A stretch of DNA of 64,000 bases from a phage. Made by a program: the position numbers and the translations under genes. The notes below the pieces were generated by a model. That model made no database searches and was not told where the DNA came from. It was given only the letters and a program-made list of their open reading frames with translations. The stretch lies in assembly GCA_025829515.1 (NCBI GenBank), contig GCA_025829515.1_4865.1; one strand, 5' to 3'. This document shows positions 48,857 through 57,766 of the stretch, one piece after another. Numbering within the stretch: the first letter of the stretch is position 1; each line of letters starts with the position of its first letter.

Positions 48857-49150
48857 ATGGGAATTTTAGATACGCTCAAGCAGCAGCATGGGATTCCGGT
48901 GGGCCGTAATAGCACGAATCCGGAAACGGAAGGTTATTCCCCACAGCAACGCATGAACTTTGTTGTTCTGGGCAATGCGGTTGAATTGGCCACCGAAATT
49001 ATTCACGGACTGCTGAAGGGCAGCAATGGCCTGTCTGACCGCATGGGCGATCAGCGTTTGCTGAAACGAGACATCGCTGATATGGTGGGTGCGCGTATTA
49101 CTGGTCGCATCCAGGATTCTATCAGCACCAAAAACGGGGGTCAGGCATGA
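48857..49150 (+). CDS. hypothetical protein
   Basis: GGAG ribosome-binding site. Confidence 0.5.
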   Translation: MGILDTLKQQHGIPVGRNSTNPETEGYSPQQRMNFVVLGNAVELATEIIHGLLKGSNGLSDRMGDQRLLKRDIADMVGARITGRIQDSISTKNGGQA

Positions 49151-50622
49151 TCAACTTATATTCACTTAATGCTGTCACCAACGCAATGAAACTGGCGAAA
49201 CAACACCAGGTTCGTTTGGAAGCTGACGTTGACAGTCCTGTTGGTCTACTGACAAAAGCGACTACGCAGCAGAGCGTTTTCGATACGCAGATAACCGACG
49301 AAGAGTTCTTCCAGTCTCTGCCGGATATCACTGCACTGAAAACGCCGCAGGCCGGTACAGGCGAAGCGTCTGTAATCGCGGACACGGCAGCGGGTCCAGA
49401 AACGCTGAACGTCGAAGACCACGAACCGACACTGTTCGAACTGAAGCGTATGGCTATCCAGCGTTGTCAGGGTATGCTTGACTTTGCCCGTAACGTTATT
49501 CAGCCGTTTGTTCAACTGGTTATCCAAAACAACCAGGGTATTGAAAACCAGGCAGTTAGCGAAGAATGGGCACTTGTGCCTGCAGGTATGGACCCGGCGC
49601 TGAACTCCCCGGTGGTACAGGCATTAATTGATTCGGTAGAAAACCCGCTGGGCAATGGTACTACGCACCCTGCAGTTAAAGCCAACGTCCCTGCTGATAT
49701 CGAACTGCCAGAAACCGGCAGCAAAGCATACGACGATCTGGTTAAAGAACTGTTGAATGCGCTGGGTTGGAACATCAACGAAGCCGTTCGCAACATGCTC
49801 GAAGGGAACATGCTCTCTCCGGTAAGCGACCAGGCACCACACAACCTGAAACGCAACATTCTGTTTATGCTGCTTTCTGGCTACTACCTGGAAATGCCGT
49901 GGAAAGACTCTGGTCTGAATAGCGGGCAGTGGAAAGCACAGATGCTGCCATTGCATTACAGCTATATCGGTTGGGTTTACGCCTACACCCAGAACATCGT
50001 TACCCGCATCAAGACCGGTAACATTGTCTTCGGATACGACAACGTTGAGAAGAAAGTGTATATCTGTCAGGAAGTGATGGACGACTATCTGGAAAAAGGC
50101 GGTAGCGTTGAAGCGTTACTGGGCGCTATTTACCAGCTGGACGAAGGTGACACCAATGTCTCCACGCGTGTAGCTTCACTGTTGGAAAAACAGAAAGACT
50201 ACATCGCTGCCTGGGGCCACCGTTCTGCGATTCAGCGTGCTAAGCTCGACAGCAATTGGGTAACACGCAATCGCCAGTCACTGAAACAAGCGTTTAACGT
50301 GGCCATCGATGCAACCGATCCTGAACTGTTCTGGCGTGGACAGGACGGTCAGGTAGCAACGCCGGAGTTCGTTAAGAAATCAACGGCAAGCTTCATCGAT
50401 TCGTTCTTCACAACCGACACCACAGACATCACTGAGTTCGTTATCAAAGTCTCCGCGACTGAGGTCTTCGGCGAATACGAACTGTCCAAGCTGATGCTGG
50501 ATATTCATCGTGGCATGATTGCTAACCGTCAACCTGACGAGGTGGCAACCGACTGGATGATTAACTACGTCCTGGATTGGATTTGTGGCGGTGTGGTTAT
50601 TTCTGTACCGAGCAAAGTTTAA
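49147..50622 (+). CDS. hypothetical protein
   Basis: ATGA overlap with upstream gene. Confidence 0.55.
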   Translation: MINLYSLNAVTNAMKLAKQHQVRLEADVDSPVGLLTKATTQQSVFDTQITDEEFFQSLPDITALKTPQAGTGEASVIADTAAGPETLNVEDHEPTLFELKRMAIQRCQGMLDFARNVIQPFVQLVIQNNQGIENQAVSEEWALVPAGMDPALNSPVVQALIDSVENPLGNGTTHPAVKANVPADIELPETGSKAYDDLVKELLNALGWNINEAVRNMLEGNMLSPVSDQAPHNLKRNILFMLLSGYYLEMPWKDSGLNSGQWKAQMLPLHYSYIGWVYAYTQNIVTRIKTGNIVFGYDNVEKKVYICQEVMDDYLEKGGSVEALLGAIYQLDEGDTNVSTRVASLLEKQKDYIAAWGHRSAIQRAKLDSNWVTRNRQSLKQAFNVAIDATDPELFWRGQDGQVATPEFVKKSTASFIDSFFTTDTTDITEFVIKVSATEVFGEYELSKLMLDIHRGMIANRQPDEVATDWMINYVLDWICGGVVISVPSKV

Positions 50623-50631
50623 TAAAGAGAG

Positions 50632-51360
50632 GTGGTCGTGAGCGCCATTGAAACAGCACGTCGTGACGCGACGAAAATTCATGCAGATTTAGTGGACCAA
50701 GGCACGGCCACCATCACCAAAGGGGGATGTTATATTTACATCCCTGTTGGCTTCGTGGCTAAAGAGCTGGCGGTAATTTCTTCGCAAGTCGAAATCGTCG
50801 GCATTTTCGCTATCTCCACTGACCGCAAAACCTACGGGGTATCGAACGTCACGACGTTCATTGAAATTACCCCGTCGGCGTTTGAGGAAATTGATGTTCA
50901 GGGCGTGCCGTATTACGAGTTCCGTTTTGACCCCGGCACGGTGGTGTTCCCCAACCGAATGCTGCAAGTGCTCTCCTCGCCAGTCTACAACATCGCTTCG
51001 TACATCTACGACTTCGGAAACCGGCCTTTCTGGTACACCGCAGTAGATGACGCTGAGCTATTGTCTGACACTAAGACGTGGAACGGCTTTACGGTCTTTA
51101 ACGACCAGATCACCGCTGACTGTTATGCTGCCCACACACAGCGTAAGGTTGGCGACCCGCGGACGTATTTCCGCTACACCCTGAAAAAAGACAGCGATTT
51201 GATGAATCGGGTGCGGTTTATTCCGCTGCGTTCAGGTTCATTGAACAAAACTTCCCGGTTGGCCAAGATTGCAGATGTGGAACTGAAACAGGGTATCCGT
51301 TCTGCACTCCAGGTCGATCCGGTACGTGCAGAGCCACTCGAGGATTTGTATATGAGGTAA
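50632..51360 (+). CDS. hypothetical protein
   Basis: GTG start after AGAGAGGTGG. Confidence 0.55.
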   Translation: MVVSAIETARRDATKIHADLVDQGTATITKGGCYIYIPVGFVAKELAVISSQVEIVGIFAISTDRKTYGVSNVTTFIEITPSAFEEIDVQGVPYYEFRFDPGTVVFPNRMLQVLSSPVYNIASYIYDFGNRPFWYTAVDDAELLSDTKTWNGFTVFNDQITADCYAAHTQRKVGDPRTYFRYTLKKDSDLMNRVRFIPLRSGSLNKTSRLAKIADVELKQGIRSALQVDPVRAEPLEDLYMR

Positions 51361-51422
51361 CTGAGGTAGGGTTATTGTACGTCCCCAATAACCCGCTTCG
51401 GTAATAACAACTGGGGAAACCA

Positions 51423-52226
51423 ATGGAAAACTTGTCACTACGTTATAACTGCGTGGCACTCGCTGGGGTCAATAAAGGGGCAACGCTAAAGAAAGATGCG
51501 GACGGGTATTACTACGTCCTGTTAGGTGCACTGAATATTTTCAACTCTGAGAATATTTACTACGCCTATAACGAGTCAAAACATGTCTTCGAGCGCTCTA
51601 ACGTTTTCATGCGTAAAGTTTTAGCGGGGAATCTCTTCGGTGAAGAAGACCATCCGCAATACGAACAAGGCATGAGCGAAGCCCAGTGGATCGAACGTAA
51701 CGAATGGATCGAAACGCGTAACGTGTGTATGCACATTCGCGAAGTAGAAGTGAAGCCGACCGACCAGATGTGTAACGGTCTGCCGGTGATGGAAATTTGG
51801 GGTTGGATTAAACCTAACCGTGAACGTGGTCCGCTTCTGGCGGAAGCACTAGAGAACCCACATCAGAACGTGTGTTTCTCACTGCGTGCTATCGTTCGCG
51901 AAGGTCGTCTGGGTACGACTATCGTACGCCGTATCGATAAACTGGTCACCTTTGACTGGGTTATTGAAGATGGCCTGCAAATCTGTAACAAATACTCTGC
52001 GATTCAACGCGGTAGTAAAGTGGCACAGGAATCTACTCGCACTTACGTCGACCGCCCTATCAGTCGTCAAGTGTTGGAAGACATTCTGTACAATCCGACA
52101 ACGACCAGCGCTGTTGCCACTGAGTCCCGTCGTGGTGCTCTCCAGCAACTCGCGCAGGAATACCTGCAGCTGGCTCCGAAAGTGTCCAATCTGCGGGTAA
52201 TGGGCATGGGTGTAAGGAGCTGGTAA
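51423..52226 (+). CDS. hypothetical protein
   Basis: ORF preceded by a 9-bp-stem hairpin (GGGTTATTG/CAATAACCC) and GGGGA ribosome-binding site. Confidence 0.55.
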   Translation: MENLSLRYNCVALAGVNKGATLKKDADGYYYVLLGALNIFNSENIYYAYNESKHVFERSNVFMRKVLAGNLFGEEDHPQYEQGMSEAQWIERNEWIETRNVCMHIREVEVKPTDQMCNGLPVMEIWGWIKPNRERGPLLAEALENPHQNVCFSLRAIVREGRLGTTIVRRIDKLVTFDWVIEDGLQICNKYSAIQRGSKVAQESTRTYVDRPISRQVLEDILYNPTTTSAVATESRRGALQQLAQEYLQLAPKVSNLRVMGMGVRSW

Positions 52227-52229
52227 AAA

Positions 52230-52859
52230 ATGGCAGAACATGTCGACCCGTCATTAGAGCGGTGGTGTGAACGCCAGATGCCGCACGTCGCCAAAAAGTT
52301 GACGCTACGTAAACTGACTGAACAGCCGCTGCATTTAAGCAAGTGTAAGATACCGACGTTTTCGCCGCGTATCCCACTTTCGTGCGCGCCAGATGAAGAC
52401 AAGACCGTACCCCGGATTTGCTGCTCGGTAGATTTAGAGCGAGCGATTAAGGGTGCACGTCACAACTTCTCTGCAATCGAAATACCCACACGATTGTATC
52501 TTTACGGTTTTGATGAACGTGATGTAGCGCAGCCTTCGGTCAACCTGACGCAGGAACCGAATCGGGCGGGTGAAGTATGGATTGTACCGCACCGCATGTC
52601 GAACTGGGATATCAAACCGATTTACCTGGGCGAGATGCGGTTGTCAGAACTTCGCAACGGCGGCCACGTTTTTGTCTATCACTTAAGTTTCGGACAAGAT
52701 GTGCGCCTGTCTACCAGTCAACTGCTGAAAGCCGGCGAATTTTATCGACTGATTATCAGCGTCAACTGGGAGCGCAGTGAAGTTAAGGTCTCGGAGGCGG
52801 TCGCCACCGCGCGTACTGCTTTTGATAACGCACTGAACGAATACGTCGTTACACCGTAG
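52230..52859 (+). CDS. hypothetical protein
   Basis: TAAGGAGCTGG ribosome-binding site. Confidence 0.55.
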   Translation: MAEHVDPSLERWCERQMPHVAKKLTLRKLTEQPLHLSKCKIPTFSPRIPLSCAPDEDKTVPRICCSVDLERAIKGARHNFSAIEIPTRLYLYGFDERDVAQPSVNLTQEPNRAGEVWIVPHRMSNWDIKPIYLGEMRLSELRNGGHVFVYHLSFGQDVRLSTSQLLKAGEFYRLIISVNWERSEVKVSEAVATARTAFDNALNEYVVTP

Positions 52860-52914
52860 TGCCTAGTTCGTGGTCTGCAAATCACAACTAAAAACCACTA
52901 CAGTAGGGGGACGC

Positions 52915-53214
52915 ATGAAGGTCGTTAACATCGCAATACCTCCGACCCTTCGTTGTTTGACGCCGGAAGAACTGAAAGCGTTAGCGATCTACGCCATCCA
53001 AGGAAAGGCTGGTAAGGAAGTGCTTGCCGAAATCTTATCGGAACGTTTTGATACAAAACGCAAGGTTAATAACATTATCTCCGGAATCGCGTCGCTAGAT
53101 ATCATGGCACTCTATTGCGACATTAAAGAGGCTGGAGTGACAATCGACTATCGCCGTACTTACTTTCTACTCACTGAGCCATATCGTTCGAATATGGCAA
53201 TAAAGCAGATGTAA
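52915..53214 (+). CDS. hypothetical protein
   Basis: ATG 52915 with AGGGGGAC ribosome-binding site (track GTG 52870 in frame upstream). Confidence 0.5.
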   Translation: MKVVNIAIPPTLRCLTPEELKALAIYAIQGKAGKEVLAEILSERFDTKRKVNNIISGIASLDIMALYCDIKEAGVTIDYRRTYFLLTEPYRSNMAIKQM

Positions 53215-53267
53215 TTTTTTACATGACGTTGGTTTCATGTGTTGGGGAACAAAATAAGGACAAGAAA

Positions 53268-53816
53268 ATGTTTTATCTGGATAGCGATGGCGTTTTTGCA
53301 CGCTGGCGTAAATACGTTTTATCCACACATTTTCCCGGAATGACGATTAAAGAGTTTAACGCATTACCTGAACTCCGCCGTCGTAGTTTGGTTCGTTCGA
53401 TGTATCAGAACGATCCTGACCTGTTTTACAAACTCGAACCAATTGAGGGTGTAGAGCGAATCCTGGAAACGGTAGATAGACTTTGCGACAGTTGGGCAAT
53501 ACTCACCTCTGGGTCAGAAGATCACTACGACCACCAATTGGTTGTGGATTCAAAACAACGGTGGTTCATGAAACACTTTGGGGTACCAGCTGACAAAGTC
53601 ATCGTCACCGAAAGTTCAGGGCAGAAGAAAGCTTACGCCTCGCGAGGTAATTTGCTTGTCGACGATTATGGTCGTAACTGTCGAGAATGGATTTTGCAAG
53701 GTGGCGCGGCAATATGGTCGCGAACTGAAGAACCGAACATTGATGGCATTTGCCTCCAGTGTGAAGCGTTCTACAATGACCCGATTAGTCACTCGGGGAC
53801 ACTACTGCAAGTCTAA
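53268..53816 (+). CDS. HAD-superfamily 5'(3')-deoxyribonucleotidase-like protein
   Basis: ATG 53268 after TAAGGACAAG; N-terminal FYLDSDGVF matches the DxDGV phosphatase motif. Confidence 0.5.
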   Translation: MFYLDSDGVFARWRKYVLSTHFPGMTIKEFNALPELRRRSLVRSMYQNDPDLFYKLEPIEGVERILETVDRLCDSWAILTSGSEDHYDHQLVVDSKQRWFMKHFGVPADKVIVTESSGQKKAYASRGNLLVDDYGRNCREWILQGGAAIWSRTEEPNIDGICLQCEAFYNDPISHSGTLLQV

Positions 53817-53824
53817 ACTCCACT

Positions 53825-53863
53825 AGGCTCATCCTATCTTCGGATACGGGTGAGCCTTTTTAA
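53825..53863 (+). terminator. intrinsic terminator
   Basis: GGCTCATCC...GGGTGAGCC imperfect hairpin followed by TTTTTAATTT. Confidence 0.55.
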
Positions 53864-53880
53864 TTTATTAATTGCATTCA

Positions 53881-53910
53881 AAAAGAACTGAGATATATAT
53901 TACTTAGGTG
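53881..53910 (+). promoter_or_regulatory. conserved phage promoter-like element (AAAAGAACTGAGATATATATTACTTAGG)
   Basis: Near-identical to the copy at 21881-21910; contains TATATTAC. Confidence 0.55.
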
Positions 53911-53962
53911 AGCGTTACACGTTAACGCTTTAATCGACTATTACCCAGAAGGAGTATTTACA

Positions 53963-54361
53963 ATGACTAACCAACTACGCCAAGACCCGTTTGTTGCCAT
54001 GATGCTTTGTGCTAAAGCCGAGAGCAACGAAGCTGATTTAATTCGTCTGTTGACTGATGACGAATACCTTATCTCCGAGCGCGATAAACGTTTAAAAGAA
54101 CTCTACAAGCCAGAAACCGGTGAATCGCTCGGCAATCAAGACGCCTGGAAGTTTCTTATTCTCGTTGCTGATGAAGAGTGGCGAGCAAAAAATCCCATCG
54201 TCTGTGATATTACAGACCTACCGTACAAATACGGCGGACTCATCACTAGCGACCTGCATCTTAAACCGTTCTTTGTTGGTAAAGCAATGCAAGAACTGCA
54301 AGATGTTCTTGTTACAGCAACGAACACTTTGAGACGTTTGCGCGCTGAGCAGCTAATCTGA
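53963..54361 (+). CDS. hypothetical protein
   Basis: GAAGGAGTATTTACAATG context; TTAATCGAC element 33 nt upstream. Confidence 0.55.
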   Translation: MTNQLRQDPFVAMMLCAKAESNEADLIRLLTDDEYLISERDKRLKELYKPETGESLGNQDAWKFLILVADEEWRAKNPIVCDITDLPYKYGGLITSDLHLKPFFVGKAMQELQDVLVTATNTLRRLRAEQLI

Positions 54362-54415
54362 TCTCTCAAAAATCACGAATCGTACAAATCCTTTGACTGT
54401 GTAGGAAGGAATAAA

Positions 54416-54805
54416 ATGAAAATCGCAGAGGGGTTAGTAGATGCGTGCAGAGACCCATTCACGCTATGGGTTCTTTGTGGCTTACGCCGAGACGATCGTT
54501 TCGGTGAGTTTGTTCGAAATCCGGATGCTTTACTAAGCTTCGTAGAAAGCGAGGAGAAGCGTTTAGAGGAGATTAAAGAGGAAAGTAGTACCCTTACACC
54601 AGATATGGTGGTTTATAGCCGTATGACGTCACACAGGTGGCGTACGACCCATCGGCTGAAGGGAACCTCAATGAAGGAATTGATTGAAGGGTTATCAAAG
54701 GCGCTTTCGTCTGATAACATTATCTGGCCGGTGGTGTATACCAACGAAGACCATTCTGATAACGTGAAGGTTACACTGACACGTTGTTATCACACATTCT
54801 CGTAG
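54416..54805 (+). CDS. hypothetical protein
   Basis: GGAAGGAATAAAATG ribosome-binding context. Confidence 0.55.
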   Translation: MKIAEGLVDACRDPFTLWVLCGLRRDDRFGEFVRNPDALLSFVESEEKRLEEIKEESSTLTPDMVVYSRMTSHRWRTTHRLKGTSMKELIEGLSKALSSDNIIWPVVYTNEDHSDNVKVTLTRCYHTFS

Positions 54806-54839
54806 TAGTTAATCGACCATTATCGTAAGGAATATTTAC

Positions 54840-55511
54840 ATGCAGGGCACTGAACTCAACAAACTTTGGGAAAAACTGGTTCGTCAATTCCGCGACTTCT
54901 ATCGTTATACCGATAGTGCGCATCGCATGGATCACATCAACTCAGTTAAATCAAATGCGATTCGTATCGCGTATATGCTTGGGCAAACCGAACACCTGAA
55001 GCTGATACTGATTGCGGTAGCAGCTCACGATATCTTCTCTACCAAAGAAGACCGTGCGTCGCACCACATCAAAGGGTATAGCTGGATACTGGATAACAAG
55101 CCAGTGCTCAAACGTAAGTATAAACTTACCGATGATGAATGTTTGACGATTGCCCATGCAGTCTTAGAACACCGCAGTTCTCACAAAGGGAACTACAACG
55201 GGATTGTCTCTGAGATAGTTGCCGCAGCTGACCGTGGTATACCGTCTGTAGATGACGTGAGTAATTACATGCACCGTTCTTATCTGTTTGCCCGTGAACA
55301 GGGTAAAAGTAAAGGCGATGCAAAATTCCATGCCGTTGGTCACGTCCAACAGAAATTCGGACGCAACGGTGTTAGTAGTGTCCCTAGTTGGTACGGTACG
55401 CTCTTCGCAGAGCGCATTCTGGAACGCAGGGATTTCGTGGAGCAGCTAGATATTAGCTATTTCACAGATACCATTATCGACGACCTCGAAGCTCGTCTTT
55501 CACACGATTAA
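54840..55511 (+). CDS. HD-domain phosphohydrolase-like protein
   Basis: HRMDH and LILIAVAAHDIFS motifs; TTAATCGAC element 31 nt upstream. Confidence 0.55.
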   Translation: MQGTELNKLWEKLVRQFRDFYRYTDSAHRMDHINSVKSNAIRIAYMLGQTEHLKLILIAVAAHDIFSTKEDRASHHIKGYSWILDNKPVLKRKYKLTDDECLTIAHAVLEHRSSHKGNYNGIVSEIVAAADRGIPSVDDVSNYMHRSYLFAREQGKSKGDAKFHAVGHVQQKFGRNGVSSVPSWYGTLFAERILERRDFVEQLDISYFTDTIIDDLEARLSHD

Positions 55512-55537
55512 TCACACTGACCTTAAGGAATATTAAG

Positions 55538-56026
55538 ATGGCTGAAGTAACTTCAATGAAAGCACTGCACAAACTGATCGCTGAACTGGACACGCCGGCA
55601 GCAACCCTGTCCGAAGACCTGGCGCTGAACGCTGACCCGCTGGTTAAGATTTATGCTGACACACTCCCCGTAACGAAAGTTGGGGATGTGGACTATCGCT
55701 TCACACTGGAAGACGCGGACGCTCTGCGACAGCACGACGCAAACTTCACTGAACTGTTCGGTGGCGTTGCCGGCGGTCTGATTGCTGACCGTGCGAAAGC
55801 GGATAGCGATATCGGTGCACTGGACTTAACGCTGGATATCGGTAACGCAGCATTCTCTACCGTGTTCTCTCGCCCGGTTACTGAAAACCCAACGCAGAAA
55901 GAATGGGCAGCGTCCATCTCTTACGGTTTCGGTTCTCCGAAGTCTAAAGCGTTGGAAGGCAAGCTGCGTAAAGAGTTTGCCAAGTCCATGATGGCAACTG
56001 ATGAAGAAGACGAAGACGACGAATAA
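55538..56026 (+). CDS. hypothetical acidic protein (C-terminal DEEDEDDE)
   Basis: TTAAGGAATATTAAGATG ribosome-binding context. Confidence 0.55.
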   Translation: MAEVTSMKALHKLIAELDTPAATLSEDLALNADPLVKIYADTLPVTKVGDVDYRFTLEDADALRQHDANFTELFGGVAGGLIADRAKADSDIGALDLTLDIGNAAFSTVFSRPVTENPTQKEWAASISYGFGSPKSKALEGKLRKEFAKSMMATDEEDEDDE

Positions 56027-56082
56027 TGATTCCGTCCAGCCCACTTGCTGTTAATCCTAAATTTTATCGAGAGGAATACACC

Positions 56083-56238
56083 ATGTCACAGTCAGAAAAC
56101 GCGAAACAAGTTATCGTAGACACCTTGCAGGATTTTGACCCGGGAGAGTTCGGGCCTGATGCCGACGGCGGTGAAGCACGTGCTGCGCACATTGCTGAAA
56201 TCATTGAAGAAGCCTTGAAAGAAAAAGGCTTCCTCTAA
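56083..56238 (+). CDS. small strongly acidic protein (51 aa)
   Basis: ATG 56083 with GAGAGGA ribosome-binding site; about 13 acidic against 4 basic residues; followed by terminator. Confidence 0.4.
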   Translation: MSQSENAKQVIVDTLQDFDPGEFGPDADGGEARAAHIAEIIEEALKEKGFL

Positions 56239-56248
56239 AGAAAACATT

Positions 56249-56279
56249 AGGGTGGTCTTATGACTGCCCTATTTTTTTT
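56249..56279 (+). terminator. intrinsic terminator
   Basis: AGGGTGGTC-TTAT-GACTGCCCT hairpin (two G-U wobble pairs in RNA) followed by ATTTTTTTT. Confidence 0.55.
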
Positions 56280-56294
56280 GATTTTGGAGCTACA

Positions 56295-56837
56295 ATGAAA
56301 CAACTCAATACTCTCGGTCAGGACGATATCAAACCGATCCCGTCTGATATGAAACGTGAAGACATCATTCGCCACATCAATCAAATCGGTGACGTGTTTA
56401 CGTTGTCCATGAAAGCTATACTGGAAGATGCATTCGAAACCATTGCCGAATATCCGGTTGAGATTATTCCGCACACCATCAACGGCTACCAACGTTTCCT
56501 CGACACCATTACCAAAGGTAGTAGCGGGCGTATTATCGCGGGCTTTATCATCCGCTTTAAATGTCTGTTGCAAGTAGAGCTGGGTGACGAGGTACTCCGT
56601 CGGCTGGAACACGAACTCATTAGCATGACCACCAACGACATTCTCGCGGCAGAATCAGGACAAGGTTATAAAGACGGGATGTCTCTCTGGAAGATTGCCC
56701 ACCCTGACTTAGGCGATGTTCAACCACCGTCTGAATTCGATGTGCTCGTAACCTATCTGTTATTGCTGCAAATCAAGAACTTGCTGATTCGTGCCAATGC
56801 GCAGCGTGAAATCGATGCTGGCCAACCGAAAAAATAA
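56295..56837 (+). CDS. hypothetical protein
   Basis: GGAG ribosome-binding site; followed by bidirectional terminator. Confidence 0.55.
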   Translation: MKQLNTLGQDDIKPIPSDMKREDIIRHINQIGDVFTLSMKAILEDAFETIAEYPVEIIPHTINGYQRFLDTITKGSSGRIIAGFIIRFKCLLQVELGDEVLRRLEHELISMTTNDILAAESGQGYKDGMSLWKIAHPDLGDVQPPSEFDVLVTYLLLLQIKNLLIRANAQREIDAGQPKK

Positions 56838-56885
56838 AACGTACCTCTCTCCAGACGGAGAGAGGTAACGCTTGTTTTTTTTTTG
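56830..56885. terminator. bidirectional intrinsic terminator
   Basis: A-tract, TACCTCTCTCC-AGAC-GGAGAGAGGTA hairpin, then a 10-T tract; between convergent genes. Confidence 0.75.
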
Positions 56886-56887
56886 TC

Positions 56888-57763
56888 TTAGCGCATCTGG
56901 TTGGCCATCTGCTCGTCGGAGACAGAGTTGTAGCCACCTGGGGTTGCGTTGACGTCCGGGTTGATACCATCGGTCTGCTGAGACGGAGTGAGCCACAGTT
57001 TGCGTTCGTAAGGACGCAGACCGTACAGCTTCATACGGTCCAGCTCTTTCGCAGCGGCCTGCATCGGACCCCAACCTGTCCATTGCTGGGAGGTAAAGGC
57101 GATCGACAGTTCGTTAATCTGCGGACCGGTGTTGGTTTCACGCTCACCGATATCCTGGCCAGCGGTTTCCGGAATCATGTTCGTTAACCACCACGCGTTC
57201 TGCGGTTTACGCTGATACGCATCCGGTTCGATGAACAGCACGGTCATGCTGTACATATCCGGCAGGTGGTCAGGAACGTTCGGGTTGATTGCGGCCAGGC
57301 CTGGGTGACCAGTCTGGGGATCACAAACACCGTAAACCAGCCACGCCCACAGCATGTTTTGGTACACCTTCCCGAGTTTATCCGGGGTGGTGAAGGTAAC
57401 AGAGGACAGTGCTTCCGTTACCAGACCAGCTTCATACTGGGTACGGTTGTTACGACCCTGCTGAGTTTCAACAGCCGCATGGCTCAGGGTTTTATCCAGG
57501 CCAGTAATCTCGGAGTGAACCTCGATAAAGGACTTGATAGCCTGACGCCACATCTGCGGGTTCGGCATGTAATCCACCCAACGAGGGAATTCCATGACGC
57601 GCGCGATGACGTTACGACGCAGACGAGAGGCGTTAGTAACGAACTTGCCAACCTGTCCAACCGGGCCGTTTTGGCCCGAGGAGAACGCGTTGACCATATC
57701 GTACTGGCCGCCGTCGACGTGCAGACCCTGATCAGGCAAAATGAGACGATCTTTGATTGCCAT
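56888..57763 (-). CDS. hypothetical structural-block protein (tail tube candidate, by size and order only)
   Basis: 291-aa minus-strand ORF immediately downstream of the 681-aa ORF; terminator follows. Confidence 0.55.
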   Translation of the reverse strand: MAIKDRLILPDQGLHVDGGQYDMVNAFSSGQNGPVGQVGKFVTNASRLRRNVIARVMEFPRWVDYMPNPQMWRQAIKSFIEVHSEITGLDKTLSHAAVETQQGRNNRTQYEAGLVTEALSSVTFTTPDKLGKVYQNMLWAWLVYGVCDPQTGHPGLAAINPNVPDHLPDMYSMTVLFIEPDAYQRKPQNAWWLTNMIPETAGQDIGERETNTGPQINELSIAFTSQQWTGWGPMQAAAKELDRMKLYGLRPYERKLWLTPSQQTDGINPDVNATPGGYNSVSDEQMANQMR

Positions 57764-57766
57764 CTA

